From Alphaproteobacteria bacterium (lineage in GTDB: Bacteria; Pseudomonadota; Alphaproteobacteria; GCA-2731375), in the NCBI GenBank assembly GCA_965232515.1, contig CBDDPY010000002.1, positions 480,001-544,000 of the forward strand: a stretch of 64,000 nucleotides of DNA. Reading direction: 5' to 3'. Below are positions 30,001 to 39,216 of this stretch, piece after piece. Numbering within the stretch: position 1 is the stretch's first letter; every line of letters begins with the position of its first letter. The translations under genes were made by a program, and so were the position numbers. The notes beneath the pieces were generated by a model. The model was not told the origin of the DNA. It saw only the letters and a list, made by a program, of their open reading frames with translations, and made no database searches.

Positions 30001-30990
30001 GAACAGCGCCATGATGCCGTCGCCGCGGGTGTGGCTGACCGTGCCTTCGAACCGGCCGACAGCGTCGATCATCGTCTGCAGGGCCGGGTCCAGCCGCTGC
30101 AAGGCCAGCTCCGGATCTAGCCCGTCGACCAGCTCGGTCGAGCCCTTGATGTCGGCGAACAGCACCGTCAGGTTCTTGCGTTCGGGCTCCGCGTCTTCCA
30201 GCGGCCGGGCCGCGGAGGCCGTCGTATCCTCTGCCGTTGCCGGCGCCAATTCCGTCGGCTGCGACGACCGGCGCTGCGTGATCTCGTCGCGCAGTTGCCG
30301 GGTCTCGGGCGTCGGATCGGCGTCCAGCTCGCGCCGCAGCTGCCGGGCGCAGACGTCGTACTGGTTCAGCGCCGCGCTCCAGCGGCCCTGTTCGGCATAG
30401 AGCCGCATCAGGTCGCAATGCACGTTCTCCTGCGCCGGATCGATCGCCAGCATCCGGCAGGCGACCTGGATCGCCGCCGCGGTCGCGCCCGCGGTCGTCT
30501 CGTGCGCCAGCAGGCGGCCCAGGCCGGACAGCGCCAGCTCCCGCAGGCGGTGACGCTCGGCCGCCAGCCAGTCCTCGAAATCGGCCTCGCGCAGGCTCAA
30601 CCCGTCCAGCAGGTCGCCGCGATAGAGAATCGCCGCCGCCCGCAGCGACTCCGGCGTGTCGTCCGCTACCAGCCGTGCGAAGCGGTCGATATCGACCTCG
30701 ATCCGGGCGCCGTCGAAGGCCAGCGTCTCGCCGTCCGCCACCAATGGCGTCAGATCGACCGCGGCGAAGGCCTTGCGGATGGAATAGACGGTCTGGCTCA
30801 GGCTGTGCCGGGCCTGCTCCTCGCCCCGGTCGCCCCAGAACAGCGCCGCCAGCTTGTCGCGCCGCTGCGGCTCGCCGCCCGCGACGGCGAGGTAGGCCAG
30901 CAGCGCTTCGGCCTTTTTCGTTGGCAGGCGGACATCGCCGTCTACGGCAAGGCGCAGGCCACCGAGAAGCTGTAGTTGCGGCGATGGCAT
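27097..30990 (-). CDS. SARP/BTAD regulator fused to class III cyclase-like, STAND AAA ATPase and TPR domains
   Basis: KKAEALLAYL, RDKLAALFW, LYRGDLL (BTAD); VLFADIKGST, GDGIMALFGAP, RVGLHSGEV (cyclase); GEPGMGKT, VEDLHWID (Walker A/B). Confidence 0.9.
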   Translation of the reverse strand: MPSPQLQLLGGLRLAVDGDVRLPTKKAEALLAYLAVAGGEPQRRDKLAALFWGDRGEEQARHSLSQTVYSIRKAFAAVDLTPLVADGETLAFDGARIEVDIDRFARLVADDTPESLRAAAILYRGDLLDGLSLREADFEDWLAAERHRLRELALSGLGRLLAHETTAGATAAAIQVACRMLAIDPAQENVHCDLMRLYAEQGRWSAALNQYDVCARQLRRELDADPTPETRQLRDEITQRRSSQPTELAPATAEDTTASAARPLEDAEPERKNLTVLFADIKGSTELVDGLDPELALQRLDPALQTMIDAVGRFEGTVSHTRGDGIMALFGAPIAHEDHAVRACYAALAMQEAVNALSGGELAIRVGLHSGEVVVRPLGGSAGARYDAVGPVVHLASRVEESMESDRIGLTMATLQRAEGFILAEALGAMRLRGVREPVDLFELRGSTSARSRWEARATRGLTPFVGRQVEMEKMNRALERASRGQGEVIALIGEPGMGKTRMAHEFVRAAENAGWAVLETGGAAHNREATYLPVSDMLRSWVAVRESDSQADIVRKVQSKVSSLGIEMLSVLPPLFALLDLPVDDVEWQALGAPQRRRRTLDALIALLARLSQQQPLILVVEDLHWIDSETQGFLDALVDGIAAVPMLLLVTYRPEYAHDWASRSYFRLIRADPLEDDTAAELLRHLLGDSPDLAHARRLLYERTGGTPLFLEETVRALIETGVITGARGAFLPAKPLDQFEIPTSVQEVLAARIDRLAPDAKNLLQVASVIGKDVPMALLQPMANLDDDALHEALSQLRAAEFLQQTRLIPEAEYTFKHALTQEVAYASVLRERRRSLHTCTVDTIEERYAGRLDEHVERLAHHALTAEDWPKAVAYCRDSGNKALRRAALRAAVADFERALDALHHLPETDETIAQDIDLRFQLRNALFVVGDHETTTEHLWRAEELARRIGDDDRIGWALLHLGATYWRQGDYGDAETVIHQARDIAEQVGDTELGYLAAYRLGQTYYGMGDFTAAATWLKRAIADMQANSSERKFALGGLPFVFSCSVLISSIAELGNFDEVETYETLGLSTAEDAEDHYSLYVLTRGLGHAYARQGRFDLAAKHLERATEIGDLYELYTLAPVILSALGYVYVVEGRQDEGFALLNRSIDPAVWERSVHYARPYFWFAEAALIAGRRDEAAEMTRRGLELAEAQEEREGQIWALRLQGDLVAETDPEQAEQHYLAAIAGAASQGLRPHQAHGQLSLGELYATIGRHDEAVAALRATAALYQDLGMTYWLPRTEAALNKLAG

Positions 30991-31047
30991 GGGCGCGAAT
31001 CCGTTAGGCGGCCGTCGTTGCGCGCAAGATATCGTCTGGCGGCGTCA

Positions 31048-31091
31048 TTTTTGAGAGTTTTTTGATAGCCGCGATGAGAGCCGTTTGATGG
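31048..31091. promoter_or_regulatory. Four direct repeats spaced 11-12 bp, candidate SARP/wHTH binding array
   Basis: TGAGAG 31052, TGATAG 31063, TGAGAG 31075, TGATGG 31086 between divergent genes. Confidence 0.55.
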
Positions 31092-31148
31092 CGGTCAAAT
31101 AGTCTGTCACCGCCAAGAATACCGGTTTTTCGCCGGTGGGAGGAGAAA

Positions 31149-32207
31149 ATGGCAATCGACCCGGCCAAGCTGGACGATTTCAGCGGTCAGGTCGTCGGCG
31201 ATCTCGCGGCGGCCTTTTCCGGCGTCATGGTCAATATCGGCCATAAACTGGGCTTGTACAGCGCCATGGCCGGCGCTGGGCCGATGACGTCGGCTGCACT
31301 CGCCGCGCGCACCGGTCTGAATGAGCGCTACGTCCGCGAGTGGCTGAACAATCAGGCGGCCGGCGGCTACGTCACCTACGACGCCGTCGAGAAGACCTAT
31401 CTGCTGCCCGACGAGCATGCCCTGGTGCTGGCGGAGTGCGAAAGCGCCGCCTACATGGCCCAGGCCTTCGACGCCGCGTCGTCGATCTGGAAGACGGTGG
31501 ACCGCACCGTCGATGCGTTCCGAAACGGCCAGGGCATCGGCTGGCACGAGCACGACGCCGGCGTCTTCTGCGGTATCGAGTCGTTCTTCCGGCCGGGCTA
31601 TCGGGCGAACATGACGTCGAAGTGGATCCCGGCGCTGGAGGGTGTCGAGAAGAAGCTGCGCATCGGCGCCACGGTGGCCGATGTCGGCTGTGGTCACGGC
31701 GCCTCGACCATCGTCATGGCCGAGGCCTATCCGAACTCGACCTTCTACGGCTTCGACTACCATACGGGTTCCATCGAAACCGCGCGTCAGCGGGCGCAAG
31801 ACACCGGCATGGGGCACCGCGTCGCCTTCGAGGTCACCGACGCCCAGGGCTATTCCCCGGTCGGCTACGACCTGATCTGCTTCATGGACTGCCTGCACGA
31901 TCTCGGCGATCCGGTCGGCGCGGCGCGGCATGCGCGTGAAGCGCTGGCGCCGGACGGCACCGTGTTGCTGGTCGAGCCGCGGGCGGGCGATGCGGTCGAG
32001 GACAACCTCAATCCCGTCGGTCGGCTCTACTACGCGCTCTCGACCACGCTCTGCACGCCGAATTCGCTGTCCCAGAACGGTGGCGACGCGCTCGGCGCCC
32101 AGGCCGGCGAGGCGCGCCTGACCGAGGTCATGCGCGAGGCCGGCTTCGGCCGCATCCGCAGGGTCGCCGAAACCGCCTTCAACATCGTGCTGGAAGTACG
32201 TCCCTGA
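31149..32207 (+). CDS. Class I SAM-dependent methyltransferase with N-terminal winged helix (Rv2258c-like)
   Basis: GLNERYVREWL, VADVGCGHG, FMDCLHDLGDP, LGAQAG. Confidence 0.9.
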   Translation: MAIDPAKLDDFSGQVVGDLAAAFSGVMVNIGHKLGLYSAMAGAGPMTSAALAARTGLNERYVREWLNNQAAGGYVTYDAVEKTYLLPDEHALVLAECESAAYMAQAFDAASSIWKTVDRTVDAFRNGQGIGWHEHDAGVFCGIESFFRPGYRANMTSKWIPALEGVEKKLRIGATVADVGCGHGASTIVMAEAYPNSTFYGFDYHTGSIETARQRAQDTGMGHRVAFEVTDAQGYSPVGYDLICFMDCLHDLGDPVGAARHAREALAPDGTVLLVEPRAGDAVEDNLNPVGRLYYALSTTLCTPNSLSQNGGDALGAQAGEARLTEVMREAGFGRIRRVAETAFNIVLEVRP

Positions 32208-32260
32208 CCTTGCGAGATTAGCCTCGGAACCTATTTCGAGGCGTCGGCAAGGGGCGGGGT

Positions 32261-32752
32261 ATGGCGTGGCGATTGCGGCGGGCGGCGGAAGCCGATCTCG
32301 ACTGGTTGGTGGCGCAGGAACTGCGGCCGGAGAACGCGGCCTTCATCGGTCATTGGCCGCGCGATCAGCATCTGCGCAACTTGGCTGATCCCGACAAGTA
32401 CTACGCGGTCGCCGAAGCCGAGAACGGCGGCCTGCTCGCGTTCGCGATCCTGGCCGGCCTGACCAATCCGGCACACAGCATCGAACTGCTTCGCGTGGCC
32501 GTCGCCGACGCCGACCGCGGTCTCGGCAAGCCGCTGCTGCGCAAGCTCATCGACCTCGCTTTCAGGGACCTCGGCGCTAACCGCCTCTGGCTCGACGTCT
32601 ACGACGACAACGAACGCGCCCGCCACGTCTACCGCACCGTCGGCTTCCAGGAGGAGGGTGTCCTGCGCGAGGCCACCTTGCGCGCCAATGGCGCGCTCGG
32701 CTCCCTCGTCATCATGTCGATCCTCGCCCGTGAATACGAAGCTCAGCCGTAG
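32261..32752 (+). CDS. GNAT family N-acetyltransferase
   Basis: RGLGKPLL, NRLWLDV..DNERARHVY...GF.EEG.LRE. Confidence 0.88.
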   Translation: MAWRLRRAAEADLDWLVAQELRPENAAFIGHWPRDQHLRNLADPDKYYAVAEAENGGLLAFAILAGLTNPAHSIELLRVAVADADRGLGKPLLRKLIDLAFRDLGANRLWLDVYDDNERARHVYRTVGFQEEGVLREATLRANGALGSLVIMSILAREYEAQP

Positions 32753-32930
32753 CTGAAGCACAACTGAAGATAATTCTTATAACTCACTGACATTCGGATA
32801 TTTTTCGATCTGAATAATGGGGGCAGTCCTTATTATTGCGCCCGGCCGTTGCGGGCTGCAAAGTTCGGTTGCCTTTCCCGGCAGCCTGCTAGACTAGCCG
32901 CAACATCCCCGTCCGCCACGAGGAGCCGCC

Positions 32931-33584
32931 ATGACCCTGCATGCCGACCTGTTCTGGTCGTTCCGTAGCCCATATTCCTATCTCGCCACCGGCCGCATCG
33001 TCCGGCTCGCCGCCGAATACGATCTCGAGGTCGCGGTGCGGCCGGTCTACCCGATCGCCGTGCGGGATCCCGACTTCTTCAAGGAGGTCAATCCGAAATG
33101 GGTCGCGTACCTGCAGAATGACGTGCGCCGCATCGCCGAGATGACCGGCACGCCCTTCGTCTGGCCATCGCCGGACCCCGTCATCATGGACATGGAAACG
33201 CTCGCCATCGCGCCCGAGCAGCCGCTCGCCCGCCGGCTCACCCGCCTCGGCGTCGAGGCCGCGGGGCAGGGCCGGGGCCTCGCCTTCATCGACGAGGTCT
33301 CGAGGCTGCTCTGGAATGGCGAGGTCAAGGGCTGGGACCAGGGCGACCATCTGGCCAAGGCGACGGCGCGGGCCGGCCTCGACCTCGCCGCCATGGAGGC
33401 CAAGATCGCCACCGACGTCGACGCCTACGAGGACGCCATCACGGCCAACGAGGAGGCGCTCGACGCCGCCGGCCATTGGGGCGTGCCGACCATGGTCTTC
33501 GAGGGCGAGCCCTTCTTCGGTCAGGACCGCCTGGATGTCTGCATTTGGCGCCTAAAGCAGCACGGCCTCGAACCGCGCCGATAG
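32931..33584 (+). CDS. 2-hydroxychromene-2-carboxylate isomerase / DsbA (kappa GST) family
   Basis: FWSFRSPYSYL, WGVPTM, FFGQDR. Confidence 0.9.
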   Translation: MTLHADLFWSFRSPYSYLATGRIVRLAAEYDLEVAVRPVYPIAVRDPDFFKEVNPKWVAYLQNDVRRIAEMTGTPFVWPSPDPVIMDMETLAIAPEQPLARRLTRLGVEAAGQGRGLAFIDEVSRLLWNGEVKGWDQGDHLAKATARAGLDLAAMEAKIATDVDAYEDAITANEEALDAAGHWGVPTMVFEGEPFFGQDRLDVCIWRLKQHGLEPRR

Positions 33585-33696
33585 ATCTCGACTTCTGTGA
33601 TGCGGAAATAATTGCGTATGATGGAAAAATAATTCTAGACCGGCATCGGCCGAAACGCCATATTCCGGTCCAGCAAGAAGCAGCGGAGGGCAAGAC

Positions 33697-35874
33697 ATGA
33701 CCGCGCGTATCGAAAAGAGTGGCTTGCAGGTCGCGACCGTTCTGCACGACCTGGTCGAGAACGAGATCACGCCAGACACGGGCATCGAGGCTGACGTGGT
33801 CTGGGCCGCTTTCGCGGACATCGTCAAGGATCTGGCGCCGAAAAACGCCGCGCTACTGCAGAAACGCGCGGATTTGCAGGCGAAGATCGACGCCTGGCAT
33901 CTGGAGCGCCGCGGCCAGCCCGTCGACCATGCCGCCTACAAGGCCTTCCTGACCGAGATCGGCTATCTCGTGCCCGAGGGCGGCGATTTCCAAATCGACC
34001 CGCCCAACAACGACCGCGAGATCACCGAGATCGCCGGGCCGCAGCTCGTCGTGCCGGTGATGAACGCGCGGTTCGCGCTGAACGCCGCCAACGCCCGGTG
34101 GGGCAGCCTTTACGACGCCCTCTATGGCACCGACGTCATTCCCGAAACCGACGGCGCCGAGAAGGGGACCAGCTACAACCCGGCCCGCGGCGCCAAGGTC
34201 GTGGCCTTCGCCGCCGACTTCCTGGATCAGGCCGCGCCGCTCGCATCCGGCAGCCATGCCGACGCCACGGCTTACCGCGTCGCCGACAAGCAACTGTCGG
34301 TGACTGTCGCTGGCGGCGAGACCGGCCTTGTTCGGCCGGAACAGTTTGCGGGCTATGCCGGCGACGGTAACGCGCCGTCATCGGTGCTGCTGGTCAACAA
34401 CAACCTGCATATCGAGATCCAGATCGACGCCAACCATCCGATCGGCCGCGACCACGCCGCCGGCGTCAAGGACGTGGTGCTGGAATCCGCCATCACCACG
34501 ATCCAGGACTGCGAGGACTCCGTCGCCGCCGTCGACGCCGAGGACAAGGTCGTGGTCTACCGCAACTGGCTCGGCCTGATGCGCGGCGACCTGGAAGACA
34601 CGTTCGAGAAGGGCGGGTCGATGATGACGCGGCGGCTGAACGCCGACCGTGAGTTCACGGCGCCCGACGGCGCGACGCTGACCCTGCCGGGGCGTAGTCT
34701 CCTGCTGGTCCGCAACGTCGGTCATCTGATGACGTCGGACGCCGTGCTCGCATCGGACGGCGCGGAAGTGCCGGAAGGCTTCCTCGACGCCATGCTGACC
34801 AGCCTCATCGCGCTGCACGACCTGAAGGGCTTGGGCCAGCATCGCAACAGCCGCGCCGGCAGCGTCTACATCGTCAAGCCGAAGATGCACGGGCCCGAGG
34901 AGGTCGCCTTCGCCGCCGAGCTGTTCGACCGCGTCGAAGACGCCCTCGGCCTCGCCCGCAACACGCTCAAGATCGGCGTCATGGACGAGGAGCGCCGCAC
35001 CACGGTCAACCTCAAGGAATGCATCCGCGCCGTCCGCGACCGCCTGTTCTTCATCAACACCGGCTTCCTCGACCGCACCGGCGACGAGATCCACACCAGC
35101 ATGGAGGCGGGCCCCTTCCTGCCCAAGGAGGCGATCAAGGCCCAGCCCTGGATCTCGGCCTACGAGGACTGGAGCGTCGATATCGGCCTCGAGACTGGCC
35201 TCCGCGGCCGGGCCCAGATCGGCAAGGGCATGTGGCCCAAGCCCGACGAGATGCAGCAGATGATGGAGGCGAAGCAGGGCCACCCGCAGGCCGGCGCCAA
35301 CTGCGCCTGGGTGCCGTCGCCGACGGCGGCCACGCTCCACGCCATCCACTATCACCGCGTCAACGTCGCCGCCCGCCAGGAGGAGCTGGCGTCGCGCGGC
35401 CGGGCCAGCCTCGACGACATCCTGTCGATCCCGCTGCTCGCCGGCGCCAACCTGTCGCCGGACCAAATCCAGTCCGAGATCGACAACAACGCGCAAGGCA
35501 TCCTCGGCTATGTCGTGCGCTGGATCGACCAGGGCGTCGGTTGCTCCAAGGTGCCGGATATCAACGATGTCGGCCTGATGGAGGACCGCGCCACCTGCCG
35601 CATCTCCAGCCAGCACGTCGCCAACTGGCTGCACCACGGCATCTGCGGCGAAGACCAGGTGCGCGAAGCCATGCAGCGCATGGCCGCCGTCGTCGACCGC
35701 CAGAACGCCGGCGACGCCGCCTACCGCGACATGGCCCCCGGCTTCGACGCCAGCATCGCCTTCCAGGCCGCCTGCGATTTGGTGTTCAAGGGCCGCGAGC
35801 AACCGAGCGGCTACACCGAGCCGATCCTGCATGCCCGCCGCAAAGAGGTCAAAGCGGCGGGGGGCGAGCTTTAG
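33697..35874 (+). CDS. glcB: Malate synthase G
   Basis: [57 protein letters not shown]. Confidence 0.98.
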   Translation: MTARIEKSGLQVATVLHDLVENEITPDTGIEADVVWAAFADIVKDLAPKNAALLQKRADLQAKIDAWHLERRGQPVDHAAYKAFLTEIGYLVPEGGDFQIDPPNNDREITEIAGPQLVVPVMNARFALNAANARWGSLYDALYGTDVIPETDGAEKGTSYNPARGAKVVAFAADFLDQAAPLASGSHADATAYRVADKQLSVTVAGGETGLVRPEQFAGYAGDGNAPSSVLLVNNNLHIEIQIDANHPIGRDHAAGVKDVVLESAITTIQDCEDSVAAVDAEDKVVVYRNWLGLMRGDLEDTFEKGGSMMTRRLNADREFTAPDGATLTLPGRSLLLVRNVGHLMTSDAVLASDGAEVPEGFLDAMLTSLIALHDLKGLGQHRNSRAGSVYIVKPKMHGPEEVAFAAELFDRVEDALGLARNTLKIGVMDEERRTTVNLKECIRAVRDRLFFINTGFLDRTGDEIHTSMEAGPFLPKEAIKAQPWISAYEDWSVDIGLETGLRGRAQIGKGMWPKPDEMQQMMEAKQGHPQAGANCAWVPSPTAATLHAIHYHRVNVAARQEELASRGRASLDDILSIPLLAGANLSPDQIQSEIDNNAQGILGYVVRWIDQGVGCSKVPDINDVGLMEDRATCRISSQHVANWLHHGICGEDQVREAMQRMAAVVDRQNAGDAAYRDMAPGFDASIAFQAACDLVFKGREQPSGYTEPILHARRKEVKAAGGEL

Positions 35875-35898
35875 AGCCCTTCGCTCACTGCACGACCG

Positions 35899-36579
35899 CT
35901 AACGGTCTGGATGCAGCACCACCTCGACCTCGGCGCGTTCGCGGCGGAGCGCGAGGGCGAGGCGGGCCGGCAGCATGCGGAACGTGGTGACGGTGAGGCG
36001 TTTGCCCGACTGCAGGCGGGTCGGATGCACTTCCAGATCGAGCACGAGGTCGAGGTCGCCGAACAGCGCATGCAACTGGTCTTGTTGCCGTGGGCCCAAT
36101 TCGTCCGGCTGGACCGGGCGCAGGCAGCGCAGCAGGCGGATGCCGCCGTCGAACTGCATGTCGACGGGATAGCGGTCCATCAGCGCATGGTCCCAGTCGC
36201 GCCATTTGGATCGCGATGAGCACCCGATCAGGTCGTCGTGGCCGCAATCGGGATAGGCCAGCCGATAGCCATGCGAAAAACCGAGAAACCTGTGATCGTC
36301 GTCCGGATCGGTCCAGACCGTCGTGCGTGTGTCCGTCTGCAGCCGTTGCAGCAGCACGGCATCGGGGCAATCGCCGCCCCGCCAGAGCGGGGCCGGCGCC
36401 GCGCCGTCCTGGCCGTCGATCAGCCGGTACAGCTTGCGCGTCGCGCGCAGATCCGGTTCCTGCACGCCGCGTTCCCAGCGGCTGACCGTGGTCGGACTGA
36501 CGCGCAGCGCGTCGGCCAGGTCTTCCTGGCTGATATGGTGCTGCCGGCGATAGCGCCGAATGTCGCGCGCCAGATCCAT
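35899..36579 (-). CDS. XRE-family HTH protein with uncharacterised C-terminal domain
   Basis: ISQEDLADALRVSPTTVSRWERG. Confidence 0.75.
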   Translation of the reverse strand: MDLARDIRRYRRQHHISQEDLADALRVSPTTVSRWERGVQEPDLRATRKLYRLIDGQDGAAPAPLWRGGDCPDAVLLQRLQTDTRTTVWTDPDDDHRFLGFSHGYRLAYPDCGHDDLIGCSSRSKWRDWDHALMDRYPVDMQFDGGIRLLRCLRPVQPDELGPRQQDQLHALFGDLDLVLDLEVHPTRLQSGKRLTVTTFRMLPARLALALRRERAEVEVVLHPDR

Positions 36580-36805
36580 GGGCCCACACTGCGATCCACG
36601 ACCCGTCCGCGCCGGCAAACGACCAGTAAACGCCCTGGCGCGATCGGCGATCGTCCAATTAGGCTCGGATCATATACACCGATCGCCACCGAGCGATAGG
36701 GGGTTGCGGGGGCGCCGTTCGCCAAGACGGCGCCCTATCCCTTTTCAGGCCGGCATTTAGGCAATCGCGGCGCCGGCCGCGGAGCTCCGATCACTTCGGT
36801 TCGAA

Positions 36806-37807
36806 CTAGGTCAGCCGGTAGTGGTTCGGCGCGGCCCCCGGGGGGCGCTCATCGTCGGCGACGGGCGCTCGATTGGGAATCAACGAACGGTCGACGCTGG
36901 ACAGCACGTGCTGAACATCGGCCAGAATGTTGTCGTGATAACGGTGCGAGCTGTGCACCGAGACCTGGTTGCCGCCACGGTCCATCAGGCCGTTGGTCGA
37001 TGTTGAATTGGCGTAAGCCGCGGCATCGACGACCACTACATTGCCGGGCAGGTTGCCATAATCCTCGGCGCCGTGGCGTCCCAGCCGATTCCCGCCGAAG
37101 CGCTTCACGCTCGAGGCCTTGAGCGCCCGATCGTGCTTCGAGTAGTAGACATGAACGCGGCGCGAGAACTGCGCGATGTACTGGCCTTTGCCGCCGTGCT
37201 CGATGTCCGATGCGGCAAGGTCCGGCGCCAGCATGACCGTCTCGTTGAACATCAGGCGCCCGACCGGGGTGCCGATGTGATCGGACAGATACTCCATGCC
37301 CTTGCGCAGCAGATAGTTGCCCATCGAGTGGGCGATGCAGTAGGTGGTCGAAACGCAGTCGCGCTCATGCTTCGTCAGGAAGTCGTTTATGTCGCGCAGA
37401 AATCTGACGAACGCCGGTACGGAATCGCGAACCTCTTCGCGGTCGCTCAGGTACTTCTTGGTTTTGCCCGACGAAGGCCATGAAAAGCCGACGATGATCG
37501 GCTCGTACGGCATCAGGTTCTGCATGGCGTCGCGAAGGTCGACAATTTCGTCGATGCTGTCGTGCCAGTCGTTGTTGTAGCCGTGCAGATAGATGCCGAT
37601 CTTCGGCGTGTTGACGCCCGTGCTGCGGAGCCGCTTCAGTTCGGCCAGAACGGCGGCATCGAACCCGGCCTTGCCGTTACCCTTGAAACCGTCGCCCCGG
37701 CGGGGTCCGTCGTCGTAGTCGTAGAGATAGTCGAAACGATAGTTGGCCTGCTCGTCGTCGCCATAGCGGCCACCCTGAATACGGCGACTCGTCACCATGA
37801 ACAGCAT
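36806..37807 (-). CDS. Alpha/beta hydrolase (DUF900-like)
   Basis: YLHGYN, FSWPS, IAHSMGN, LAPD, DRALKAS, RLG, SHRY. Confidence 0.85.
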   Translation of the reverse strand: MLFMVTSRRIQGGRYGDDEQANYRFDYLYDYDDGPRRGDGFKGNGKAGFDAAVLAELKRLRSTGVNTPKIGIYLHGYNNDWHDSIDEIVDLRDAMQNLMPYEPIIVGFSWPSSGKTKKYLSDREEVRDSVPAFVRFLRDINDFLTKHERDCVSTTYCIAHSMGNYLLRKGMEYLSDHIGTPVGRLMFNETVMLAPDLAASDIEHGGKGQYIAQFSRRVHVYYSKHDRALKASSVKRFGGNRLGRHGAEDYGNLPGNVVVVDAAAYANSTSTNGLMDRGGNQVSVHSSHRYHDNILADVQHVLSSVDRSLIPNRAPVADDERPPGAAPNHYRLT

Positions 37808-37870
37808 CTGTCGCCTCCTGGTATCTGGGCTATCCCCGCCAGGATGCGACTAAATCGTGCAAGCGCAAAA

Positions 37871-39034
37871 CTAATTCAACGCATACGACAGATCCGCGAG
37901 TAGGTCGTCGATGTCCTCGATGCCGACCGACAGCCGGACCAGGCTGTCGGAGATGCCGAGTTCGGCGCGGATCTCGGGCGGGATCGAGGCGTGCGTCATG
38001 ATCGCCGGATGCTCGATCAGGCTCTCGACGCCGCCCAGGCTTTCGGCCAGCGCGAACAGCTCGGTGCGCTCCAGGAACCGCCGGCTTTCGGCCAAGCCGC
38101 CCTTCAGGATCGCCGTCACCATGCCGCCGAACACATCCATCTGACGTTTGGCCAGGTCATGCTGCGGGTGGCTTGGCAGGCCGGGGTAATGCACCGTCTC
38201 GACCTTGTCGTGCGCGTCGAGATACTCGGCGATGGCCTGCGCGTTCTCGCTGTGCCGCTCCATGCGGATGCCCAGCGTCTTCAGGCTGCGCATGGCGAGG
38301 AAGCTGTCGAACGGGCTGGCGACGCTGCCGACGGCGTTGTGCAGGTAGGCCATCTGCTCACGCAGCCTCGCGTCGTCGCGCACCACCACGACGCCGCCGA
38401 CGATGTCGGAATGGCCGTTGAGATACTTCGTCGTCGAATGCATGACGATGTCGAAGCCGTGGTCCAGCGGCCGCTGCACGTAGGGCGAGGCGAAGGTGTT
38501 GTCGGCGACTGTCAGGATGCCGCGCGGCTTGGCGGCCTCGGCGATGGCGGCGAAATCGACCAGGCGGAGCAGGGGATTGGTCGGCGACTCGGCCCAGATC
38601 ATCTTGGTGTTCGGTTGGATCGCCGCTTCCAACGCCGCTGGGTCCGACAGGTCGGCATAGCTGAATTCGAGGCCGGCCGACCGCTTCCGCACGTTCTCGA
38701 ACAGCCGGTAGGTGCCGCCGTACATATCGTCCATGGCGATCACGTGATCGCCTGAGTCCAGGAGCTCCAGAATGGTGCCCGAGCCCGCCAGGCCCGAGGC
38801 GAAGGCGTAACCCTGGGCGCCGTTCTCCAGATCCGCGACGCAGGCCTCGAAGGCCATGCGCGTCGGGTTCTGGCTGCGCGAATACTCATAGCCCTTGTGA
38901 ACGCCCGGGCTCTCCTGCACGTAGGTCGAGGTGGCGTAGATCGGCACCATGATCGCGCCCGTCGTCGGGTCCGGCTGCTGCCCCGCATGAATGGCCCGCG
39001 TCGCGAAACCCTGGCGGTTCGGTTTTCTGGTCAT
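37871..39034 (-). CDS. metB: Cystathionine gamma-lyase/synthase (Cys/Met PLP family)
   Basis: YSRSQNPTR, ESPTNP, DNTFASP, HSTTKYLNGHSD, AESLGGVESL; may act as a gamma-lyase given the CBS neighbour. Confidence 0.88.
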   Translation of the reverse strand: MTRKPNRQGFATRAIHAGQQPDPTTGAIMVPIYATSTYVQESPGVHKGYEYSRSQNPTRMAFEACVADLENGAQGYAFASGLAGSGTILELLDSGDHVIAMDDMYGGTYRLFENVRKRSAGLEFSYADLSDPAALEAAIQPNTKMIWAESPTNPLLRLVDFAAIAEAAKPRGILTVADNTFASPYVQRPLDHGFDIVMHSTTKYLNGHSDIVGGVVVVRDDARLREQMAYLHNAVGSVASPFDSFLAMRSLKTLGIRMERHSENAQAIAEYLDAHDKVETVHYPGLPSHPQHDLAKRQMDVFGGMVTAILKGGLAESRRFLERTELFALAESLGGVESLIEHPAIMTHASIPPEIRAELGISDSLVRLSVGIEDIDDLLADLSYALN

Positions 39035-39068
39035 CTGGTTTCCGTCTTTCTCATCCGTGCCACTTGCA

Positions 39069-39193
39069 GCCCTCACCCCAACCCTCTCCCGCAAGCGGGA
39101 GAGGGGGTCGCGACGGCTGTGGTTTGGTTGCCCCTCTCCCGCCTGCGGGAGAGGGAGGGGCCCGCGAGCGTCAGCTCGTGGGAGGGTGAGGGC
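39069..39193. repeat. MITE/REP-like palindromic element, family A copy 1
   Basis: GCCCTCACCC...GGGTGAGGGC terminal IR with internal CCCTCTCCCGC..GCGGGAGAGGG hairpins. Confidence 0.88.
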
Positions 39194-39216
39194 CGCATCA
39201 TGCGAAGACGTCGGCG

